From assembly GCF_001949145.1 (NCBI RefSeq), contig NW_019091359.1, forward strand, positions 1,133,976 through 1,197,975: 64,000 bases of DNA, in the 5' to 3' direction. Below the pieces are notes generated by a model that did not search any database, was not told the origin of the DNA, and worked only from the letters and a program-made list of their open reading frames with translations. Position numbers and translations under genes: made by a program. The DNA comes from Acanthaster planci. Taxonomy: Eukaryota. This document shows, piece by piece, positions 24,601 through 36,218 of this stretch (positions within the stretch are counted from its first letter, which is position 1; every line of letters starts with the position of its first letter).

Positions 24601-27600
24601 GCTACCCCATTGGAAATACACACAGATACCACAAGTGTACATGTACATGTACGTGTAGAGGCATTACGAAAAATAACATATTCAAAAAAGAAATGACTGA
24701 AATAGAAAGGAATTAAGCCTTAAACCTAAATTTCAAACATGTTTAACGCTTTCGAGCCTAAACTCTAAACCGACCGAGGGTATTCGTACAATATTTCGAA
24801 GAAACAAAACAAACAATGCAATGCAAAGTCAGTTCAATTTTGGATAGGAAACTATATCATCACTGGGCCTTTGATCTGAGAATCTCTTGATTTAATTTTC
24901 ATGACTGTGAGAAAACTTTTTGCAATGTGCATGGATGCATTTATCAGTTTCATTGTGGTTTGATTGGTTAACCTAAAATTGGACAAATAAGTGACATTTT
25001 CTATACCGTGTCTAAAAGTTAGTTCAAGGGGATCCCTACCCGACAAGCCTTGCTTCTTGGGGATCTCATTCCACAGCATATCTCTTGTACATGTATCTTA
25101 TGTGAATGTATTTGTCTGTCTTACCGGTTCCAATTCTTGGTTTAAGGGACATGATTGATGTAAGATTATGCCAATATTCATGTTTATACTGACACTATTG
25201 TTACCTGATCTGGAAAAAAAATAAATGAATGAACGAATAGAGGGAACGATCCATTTCTTAATTGAAAAAAATTAACACGTTTTATGCAATCGTCTATGTT
25301 CACGTTGTTGGTTTCATTAATACAGGCTGAATAAATGTGACGCCGCTCGCCTCACTCACACCACGCTCACATGCCCATCACGACCTCAAAACTTTGTTGA
25401 AAAAAATATGACGACTGACTGACAACCCGAAGGGACAGTTTAGTACAGTGACCCGTAAATATTTCTTTCAAGTTGCTACACAAAGTGACAACTTTGACCT
25501 CTTGGTGTAAACAATGTCCAAATATTTAGCTGTCATACTAGTATGCAAAACATGCTCACGTTGGCGGCATCTTCGCGTCTTCGGTCATTAATGTTCAGAA
25601 ATATCGCGGAAGAAAATATGGCACTCGAAATCTCGCACGTAGGTATTTTATGATAAGTAATACGTTAGAAGTTAAGGGCCAATTTAAAGCCAAGACTATT
25701 TCACATTATGCACATAAACACCATGACACTGCTTGTCATGACCCCAAAATCATAGATATTTACTCCTACACTGACATTTTTACTCGTAAGAATAGATTAG
25801 AGTAGGATTAGAGCGCTTACCAATTTGTGCTCGACTTATTTTGCACATAAAATATTCACATCCTCGGTATTCAATACTCGCGACTCGAGACAAGACTTGG
25901 TGCCTCGGATTTAAATTGAGCACTCGCCATCGTGAATTACTTCCTTATTGCTCATGCATGGATACTGTAATACACACAGGTCCATGTACAGGACATCCAG
26001 CGTTTCCTGTAGAATCTGGATAATCTCAACCGGGGGGCTGCAAGTGAAAATCAACTGGCGATTTATGGGGCTCTATTCGGAGGTCTTTCTAGAGTTGATC
26101 TGAGTTGAGGCATGATGACCAGCAAAAACAGCATAATCAAAGGCTTTTGGCTAAACAAAATAATGTTAACAACCTATACTGGAAACGAGAACACGTCATA
26201 TAAGGGGGAGGGTTGCTTTTTATACGCTCAACTTTGGAAAATGCGAGAAGGTTGTGCCCCGTATAAACCACGGAGGAATTTCTACTCAACGCTTTAGTCC
26301 ATCCCATCATACCCAGTCCAAAAGAGGGGAGGGGGTTATCCCCAAATCTGGGATCTACGGCCTATGAATCAGAGTCATGTACGCTACATCGGAGTCTCGG
26401 TTCTATCCCGAACTTTCAGTACTCGCAAACTTTGATACCCAAATTGTAGTCACGGTAGAGAGAGCCGACTCATGGTTTGCAGTGTCTGTGGGATATCGAT
26501 ACGAAGTTAAAGCCGATTTTACCCCGTTGTGACGCCACGCACAGATCACAGAACTCTAAATAGGCTAGCTTGTCAAAGTTGATGGATTTTGGTGATTGTA
26601 GATGCATCACAGAGTGGGAAGACCGGATATTTTAGTCGTGATGAGCGACCCGTCCACTCATTTTGATCGAAACAACAGTACACACATGTACATGTAATGC
26701 CTTTACGTTGTAATTGATTATTCTCTGGCAATGTTTGAACACCTCAGCTAGTGGTCAATACACAGCGAAAAGGGCTTTTGTACAAGTCATAGACAGACTT
26801 GGGATTACTAACAAAAACCACAACAATAGGACACTATATGCAGTCGTTGCAGCGGTTTCTACGTGCCAGACACCCTTAGGGCCAGCGCGGTACTGTACAC
26901 ATACAAAATGTGTAAGAACGCCTACCAAAATATTTCCAATGCTAGCTGACTCCAGTCAGGTGTGTACGCGATGCATACGTTGAGGGCTGTGGCGTACAGG
27001 TGCGTACCCGTTTGGGTACGTCAGCATTCGACCTGAGCCTGAAACAGAGAATTCACTTGATTGAAACAAAATTCATTGTTTGGCCGGTGTCGATGTCGCG
27101 CTATAAGGTTACTGTTTACAGCAAATCCAGCAGAAAACAGACTGTCAAATTCAATTAATTGTGTAAGGGTTTGAATTTCATGGGACCATTGTAACCGAAC
27201 AGAGCAACATATATACATGTATACACGAAGGTGTATTCTGGTATGAGCTACAGTGGCTGCTTACAGTTGGCTAAAATAAATCCGTGAGTGGTTTCACTGT
27301 CGTGTATATTTTTCCCCGCCGAGTTTCTCATGTCAGATTTACACAGAATGACTCATGATTTTTATCACGCGCAGGACAAAAGCTGAAGTGTTCTTCAAGT
27401 TCTTGGTCTTTTGTCAGTCCCACCACCGGCAAAGTACTGGACTAACACAACCCATGTTCAGGGTTGATTTGAAGACAGATTGTAATACTTTTCTAAGACT
27501 ATGTCAACCGTAATACATCCGGTGCATATTTCATAATTACAAGATTTCAAATAGATATCTGTACAATATTGTTGCTTCTTGCAAATTTCTCGTTCAACAA

Positions 27601-30600
27601 AATACTTTCAAAATTACAAATTTTACAACATCCACACGATGACACAAGAAAGAACGTGCTTCGATCAAACTTTCCTTCATCGACACCTCAAAATTCCAGT
27701 CATCTCAGTTTCCTGCGGGGCCCTAGTATAAAAGGGGGGGGGGGAATCAACAAGTCCTTGACTCAAATTTCAATTCTTTTCTTGCTGTTTTTCCAGCTTG
27801 TTTGATTTTCACAGGACATGACAATCACCAGCAGCTCCAGCGATTCACTGGTGTGAATCACAGCGGGCATGCCCCACCGTGCGCCCTGTCCTGCACAAGG
27901 GAGTTGGGAAAGTCTGGCTGGACGAAAATAACCCCCGTGAAATGATCTACACTTTTTGAACCAACATTGGAAACCAGACAGTCAATCCTGTGCACGATAG
28001 CAGGCTCATGCCGGGGTTCAAACATTCAGAACTTTAATCACAGTCATCATGACGTTTAAAAAGAATAGGAAACTCCAATTTCGGTCGGATCCGCTTTTAG
28101 CCTAAATCGTGTTTTATCTATCAATAACATCTTTGAAAGTGCCTATGCATCATGTTTGGTATTATGTTATGTGACATGTACATAAAACGCACAGCATGTA
28201 CGGAAGACCAAAAAATGAAAGTGAAAATTGTTCCAGAAACGTCCGTCCTCCAAGAATGACTTATTCAATGTGCGCACCCGGAATACTGCATTTAAATCAA
28301 GAAGGCTAGGGCATACTACTGTGATTAATATCTCACTATTTTTGAAATTGAGCGGATATTATTCAGCACACTTTAAAACACATCTAAAGGTGTCGAACTA
28401 TCTATGTTCAAGGGTGTAGGCTGTTCAGTTTTATTTTCAACAATCACAATACAAATGCAGCTAAGTATTTACAAGATCTATCCACATTGGTTCACCATAG
28501 GAATTTTAACCACCTAACAAAAATCTGTTTTCTTAAGAAATTGTTGCAAATACTTTGTACAGTATTCAACAAAACAAATATGACATTTGAACTTTTGCTC
28601 TGATGTTAATTTTAAAAAAATGCCAAAGCAATCAAGACCATTGGTAAACGACATAAGGCCTTATTCAGACCCACACAATGCACTGTCAATCTTCCATTCA
28701 TTAAAGAGCTAGAATGCAAAGTAATTATACATTTATAAGAAACACAGTTATCCCTCCTTGATCTCAATTGCATGCCACCACTGCATGTCTAAGTTTTGGT
28801 TTGCTGGGGTGAAAATATCGTTAACTGTTTGCAATGGCACACCTGTTGTATATGCTCTAACATAATTATTTCTGTCATTTTGGTCTGCAAAAATGAGTTT
28901 GAATTTCAGACTGCAGCAAACAACTATCAATAACACCAACAGTCAACCTGAAAATTAATAAGAACAGCATGGAAGCCCATTAACATTAATGCCAGCATGC
29001 ATTACCATGGTACAACAAGGAATAACAGTCAGGTTCTTGTCCAGAGCCTGAACATAAGGCCAGTGAAGCCTAAGTATATTTCATTAAAAGCCCGAAGCTG
29101 GCCCAACATTTCAAATGAAAAAGCCTGAAATTTGGCTACTGTGTAAAAGGTTGAATCCTTGATCCAACTTGCACTTTCTCTTCGTTTCCCGTTACACGAA
29201 ATCTGTTGCAATACATGTATAACATACGTTTTTTTAAACAGCAACCATGTACACGAACACATTAAGTTGATGTGAAAATACTGCCATAAAAACATTGCTC
29301 TGAATGACACTTCCCAAAGTTCTACTTCGATAACGTTCAAGTGACTTCATATCAAAGTTACACTTACATAATATCTAACTGCAAAACATCTGTTATGCTA
29401 TTGAAAAAAATGTACAGTTTACTTCGAAACCTACAACTCTACTGTGTAAGTTTGTTTACCAATCGTTATGACAACCAGAATCAACCATAGAAATCATGGG
29501 TGCATCCGGATGTGCTGGTTGCCATAACTACTGTCAATAAGGACTTAGAGACTCCAGAGTCACGTGATGCAATCAAAGCCTATGACTGGCCTTTTGGCAG
29601 TAGTTGTTCACGTCAATCACGTTTACCAATTGTCCCCTCTGCAGGTTGATGCAGACTTGTGGTACCAATCATCAGGTCAGTTATTTTCCCAATCACAGTT
29701 CACCACACATAATGTGCATGTTTACCAGGAGACTCAGTTTAGCTGCTGTACGTCCGCATAATATGAAACTCATTTTTAAGGTTTCAATTCAAATTGACTG
29801 AATTACCTCCGACATGTACTACTCTATATTGATACTGATGACACTTCTACTCATTAAGTTTAAGATAGTTTAACAAACGAGCAATATTTAGCTGTAAATC
29901 CCAAGTCCCCAACCACATCAACAGAGAATGTGTCCGAAAAATTTTTGTAATGAGATGTTTTTATGTGTGACATAAATTCATGAAATCATCCATTCCTTAA
30001 AAATGAACAGTTCGTTGTGTTAGATACATAGATGTACATGTATACATTAACTGAAAGTGAAATTGCTGGTACCTCAAACAAGAAAAAAAAACACCAACGA
30101 ATCCTCCTGGTAACCTGCACAGCTTGCTATACACTTTACTTGTTTGTGCACGTTCTTCAGAGTCCCCTGCAATTTGTATCTTTTGATATTTACAACTTTC
30201 AAACAAGTCTGTATTTCCCTGCACATAAACCACAAGTCTGACAAGCTGCACTGAGCATTTCTTAGAAATTACATGTACTTTGAATATACTGCCTCCCTAT
30301 CATTTCCTTGGACACTTTCACAAATGGAAACATTTTTGATGATCTTTCATTTCCTGGATCAACACAGTATAGAACTCTTTGCGAATACCTGTTTGCGGAC
30401 ACAATTTCGTTTTGTGTCACTGTCTGATCCAAACACAATGGATACATGCACAGAAAGTACCAAATTCCTGATCAATGTTTCTATGCCATGTCTCAAAGAA
30501 TAAAAACACCATGTACTTAAAAAATGGAATCTAATTTCATTGATCAAACTGATCCTGAATTGAAAGATTAAAGTAAAAAAAAAAGCTCCAAAGTATATGT

Positions 30601-33600
30601 AGAATATAGATCTAAATTTTCCACTCATTTCCAAACTACAGTCCAATGCCTCGGTTCTTGGTACAAGTATTTACACACAACTTCCTCATTCCTGTATCAG
30701 ATGTGTATTTGTTAATGAGGTCAAAGGTACAAAACAGATTACACTACGAGGATTAGAGATTCAACAGCAGCAAAATGTTTTGCCAACCAATGGCTGGTCA
30801 ACTCGGACTGGCCATCAGTACAAAAGCAAAATAGAAGTCAACAAAGCATTGAAAAACTACCTGCAGCTATCACAATCCATCATAAATACTGAGATTCAAT
30901 TAAAAAATACGGCCCTCTCTAAAAGTAACGGGGCAAAAACCTCACTCACCCCAACTCAGGATGATACTACTAATATTTCTGCAACCTTTAGCCATCTGAA
31001 TGAATATCAGGCAAAAGGGCCTACATTGTAAGAAAGGTAAGTTCATCATTGACAATAATGTAACTCATATAAAGACGTCTCCAGTAATTACATATACTGC
31101 TGGTCCCATTTAACAGCATGGTCCCTGGTTCCCTGTAATAATACATCCAAACACATTTGTACAATTTGTGTCCACTTGCACAGGCAAAATATTCACCTGT
31201 GCATATGTACAAGGCATACCCCAGCAGGACAATGGCGCGTAATCTGTATGAATTTGTTGATGCCATAGCATACCATGGAAACGCAGCAGGTGGGCTTGGC
31301 ATCCAACTGAAATGTATTGCCCAGACAGCTCACTGCCCGTGCAACATCAAATTCGGATTCAGACTGATGGAACGCCATACATGTATGTCTGAACTGGGGA
31401 ACCCAGCTCAATTAAAGTCACTTTTGACAACCTGTGATGTGTGAAAAAGTGTGCCTGTCACACCTGCAACTGGTTTTTACTATGTTATACCAGATGGACT
31501 GAGTCTGTATGGAGAGTCTGCAAGGTCGTCTGTTGTCACAGCCAGCCATATGTTTATCATACTTTAGCAATGTACATGTTAACCTCAACGTGGAGAGATA
31601 ATATCAATACTGGTCCCCTGTCTTGGCTTGATCCTTTGTGCTTCTCAGCCATTTGTTTGAATTACAAATTTTGTTGTGGAAATTGTTAAGCTGACTTGTA
31701 CTTTCCAAAAAGTTTGAGCACTGACTTACACAGGAGTGATTAATTCACGCACAGTTGACTCTCGATCACAGAACATGTACATTTAAAGAGCTCATGCTGT
31801 ATTAAGGTACATAAGTAATAATGTGGCATATTATCACGAGCCATTCCCCCTGACCTCGTGACCAAATTTCCTCTCCTACAATCCTTTTGTGACTGTTCAG
31901 TTGCTAGGAATCATCTCATCCATACACATGCCATGCATATCATGTACACAGCACACATGCTATCAACATGTACAGTACATATATTATATGAACGCTATGA
32001 CAAATGAGCAGAGCTTCAACTCATAAATTAAATAAAATTCCACCAGAAACTAAACCAAATATCTATTCATTTTCTGCCAACTCCCTCAGAATCAGGGTTT
32101 CTCACTGCCACTCCCATGTTTGTATTTGCCCAGAAATGTCATCTACCTGTGTATTGCAGGTTATATTAGCACTTGAAAACATTCCAAAGTCCAGCCCCAC
32201 TTTCCAGGGAACAAAGCTTGGGTGGACTGGACATGATCTGTAATGTGTATTTAAATCGTGCCAGTATGTGCAGTCTTTAAACTCCCCAGGGGGCATGTGA
32301 AATCATATTGAAATCGGAGGATATAGCCCTATCAAGGTAATCCATTCTATTGGACATGTACAAACGAAAATACTGTCGTTCGTTTTATGTAGATAATGTA
32401 CAAATTCCACAGAAATATGAATCTAAAAAAAAAACTGGCCGGTTGGCAACCACTGCTGCAGTGAGCCATGAATGCAATGTAGACATGGCGACTGCAACAC
32501 CCGTGTATGCAGGCTAATACTAAAATATTAATCATGATAAGGATAGTACTCTGGATCTTGCATATTACAATGTACAAATTTACATGGCTGGTTTCAACCA
32601 GTGTGGAGTTTGGGTGTATTTTCTGCTTGCAGCTGCGTGCTTTTCTTGGAACAATTGTGAACAATGAACAGTGAACACTACATTTTCAGATATCATGATG
32701 TCATGAACCAGCAAATAATGTGAGTTTTTCTTTTGGAAACATCTCTCTTCTTTATGCTTCAGCCTTGCCTTTAGTGATGACCACACATTAATACAGGCCG
32801 GTTTTGGGAATAGTCGCAAGCATAGCTGCCATGGAGAAAGAAGGACTTTTGAACTCATACATGTACTTGTACTCGTTCCTGTTGAAAAAGCTGACATGGA
32901 TGATTACAACTGTCACATTCTCCGAGCTGTACTTTGGTACATTTTTGACACTATGAGAGGTCAGGCTAGCAACGCAGTGACATACCACCTTTGATAAATC
33001 AGATTCAGCCAAATATTTTCCGCAACAAATTGGAATGCTTAAGTCAATATACTGATTAGGCGCTGTGAAATGTAACAAGCACATTGTACCCAAGTGTTCT
33101 GGCTAGGAGTACAGAAAAACAAACAAGGCCGCTATACTTTTTTATCCACTGGCACGCCATGTCACCAAATATTCATTACAAATATTTATGTACATGTACT
33201 TTGTAAAAGTAAGCAATTTATACACCAAAAGAAAGTGGAAAAAAAAAACGCTGAAAAAAAAGTCACATTGGAGTTGCATTTTGCAACACTGCATGGCCTG
33301 GTAAATCCTAACAATTTTTGAACCTAGCAGGGACTCGCCCACTCCAATCAGAATTTGTTACATATCAACTCAAAGTCATCATGTCACACCCACAATGACT
33401 CACCACAACAAAACTGCTTTGTGAGGTTGTAATTAAAATTGTCTTCTTTTGGTAATTTTCAGAGCAGTGCAGAGACCACCAAACACACTCGGCTTTGCCG
33501 ATCTTTTGATTCTTCAATGGATCAGAAAGCCTTAAAATGCCTGACAGTAACACATGTACTGAATGCATGTGGCATACACGCACCAAAAACAATATTACTT

Positions 33601-35017
33601 TTGCTCGCACAAGGCCATTTGAACAAAGGCACTTGTGTTGACAAGCATGAATGACTTGATTTAAAACTCCATTGGCATGACTCATAGATGTGAGCCACCA
33701 TTTGTGTGGGGTGGGACAGCTTTTATGACTGCCAGAAAAAGACAAATTATACACAATCTCACCATAATGTACACGAATCCATCCACAATATTTACAAACC
33801 TTTCCCAATCATCTTAATATTTAGAATACAATGTATATCAGAAAATAAAAGAACCAATGAACAGATCTGGAACGTGGAAAGGTTACGTAAATTTTTGCTT
33901 TGCGATTCCAGTGTTAACCTGGATGCAATGTACAATCCACAAAGCAGTGCTGTGCAAAGTACAAGTACATGGAGGAGTTACGCTAGAATTAGACCAAATT
34001 GAAAAAAAAAAATTGAGCTTACAGGGTCTACGAAATTTACTTCATGCTGCAAACTTTTTTGTTTGAATTACAAAAGGCACATCATTTGGATATACTTTAA
34101 AACGTTTTTTTTGCCAGTGGGTTACAGAGATGTTCAAGGTACTACGGAGGTTTACTACGACCCATTTTCCTCCCAAAGAAATTTAATGCCATTTCGGAGG
34201 ATCTTGTCCCTTCTTCCAAAACATCAAACTCAGCCAATACTCATCAGGTTGCACCTTTCAATGAAAGGAAAATTCTACGTTTCAAATTTGGCTGTGAGAC
34301 CCATTGCAAAAGTGACATACATGTAGATCTACATGCACATGAACTGTACAATTTTAGATCTACTCTACAGTAATTGGTCGTCTATGAATTCTAAGAGCCT
34401 TACAAGCCATCACTGACCTACAGTATTGCTGTTGCTACACCCCTTAGACGACCCTATGGAATTTTGTGCATTAATTTTGTTTGTATCAGATGCTGCACGC
34501 TCCACGTCCATTTTGTACATCATGTAATTAGTGGACAACAAGTCATGAGCAGCGTTGATGAGATTCCACCACAATGGGTTGGTTACTGGGACCTCCTTTC
34601 AAGCGGACTGCATGAAGAAGAACCAGGCATGATTCATGTTCATACAGGCTACACCCGTTACTATTACTAATCATTCAGAGTCACACAGCTCTGTACCGCA
34701 GTTATTACAACCGACGGGAGCTTATGATGAATGATGCTGACGATAAAAGTTTCTGGTAATGAATCATCCAAAGCTATTCTGACCAGCCTGTTTTTTGCCC
34801 CTCAAGCACGAACCCAAAGATATTTTTCACGGCCAACCATCCATAAACTGTCCATGCTTAAGTTGGAAGGAGGCCGATTGTATATTTCACCAGTTGGGGT
34901 CAGAAGGCTGCAGGACATTTGGTGGCTACTGTAATGTGCCAAGTGGTCTGAACACAAGGGTTTGGTATACATGTACATACAAATTGAAGTCAGAAGCCAA
35001 ATAGGTCACCAGAATAA

Positions 35018-35461
35018 GGGGCCGTCCATAATTTTCATAAACGTACAAACCGTACTGGGGGGGGGGGGTTAAAACCTCATGTACACTTTTTCTGAATATG
35101 AAAAATGATGATCTATCAATGTGAGAATCGGCGGTCACTTTTAAATTTCGCTGGTGTTGCTAACTAGCTCCATGCCATTTCCTTGAGGCCACATGTATGC
35201 GAGTTGTATTTTACCCTGTACTAGTATCACTATTCACTGATTTTCAAGCCTTGACTTTTCAGGTGTTATTTAAACACTGTTTTATTTGAAATTTACATTT
35301 CTGTTAACCACAGCACTTACATGTGAATGTGACTGTCACAGCAACAGGGGATTTGGCAAATATAGCTCTCCATCCATCATCATTTTTTGCCTGCTGATGT
35401 ACACTTGAGGGGGGATATTTTTTGTAACCTCGTGAAAATGATGAAAATTATGGACGGCCCC
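35018..35461. mobile_element. PIF/Harbinger (Tourist-like) MITE
   Basis: Perfect 21-bp TIR GGGGCCGTCCATAATTTTCAT / ATGAAAATTATGGACGGCCCC flanked by a 3-bp TAA TSD on both sides. Confidence 0.88.
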
Positions 35462-36218
35462 TAAGTTTATAGTGTCCATGTTTTCTTTTTGATGGTTTCC
35501 AGATGTAAGGTGTATTTACAAATAAGGTACCTACATGTATCAACTGTCTCACATTTCTCATGCCATCAACTGTGCTACCTCAAACTTCCATCCACCCTAA
35601 CAACCCTTGAAAAAGCACTTCCACTTCAAAATGAAGCTTGGTGCTGTGCTGCGGGCACAGGGGCATACAACAACTGCTAGGGGCATAATTGGGGTTTAGC
35701 ATAAGACCAGTTAGATTGCTACTAATGCACAGGAACTTTCTACAATCGGCATGAAGGGAAAAAATTATGCAACCTTATAACAGACCAAACCCCCCAAAAA
35801 TAGTTGTGTTTCCTGTTAGTGTTACCGTTGAAATTCATGGTCAATTTTATGCTTGTGCGTGCACTCAGTTGTAACAATCCAGAAGTTGTGTCAGACCGCA
35901 TTTTGTACATACGTTGTACAACACAATTCCACATCAGCATTGGAATCATTGATTGAGTGGCTTAAGAATAAATTTAAGAAAAGCTGATGGTTGCTGGTCC
36001 AAACACAAAAAAATGAGTAACAACTTTCAAGCTAACTAGCTTAAAATAAATTTCAAATTAGACCGAGGTGGGCAAAATAAATGTCTCTGTATGACTGGTT
36101 TTCTGAATAAAAACTAAAGGTTCTGCATAATTTTCTTGATCAGGTTGGGTGACCAGAAACACAGCTAGTTTTCTGTTTGGCATTACAAGAGTTACATTAA
36201 ATGTACATGTACAGTGTA

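Noticed and set aside
25550..28050. Scattered splice-like signals and CpG-richer sequence suggesting a gene or lncRNA upstream of Artemis
   Set aside because: I could not assemble a coherent ORF, recognisable protein or snoRNA box arrangement.
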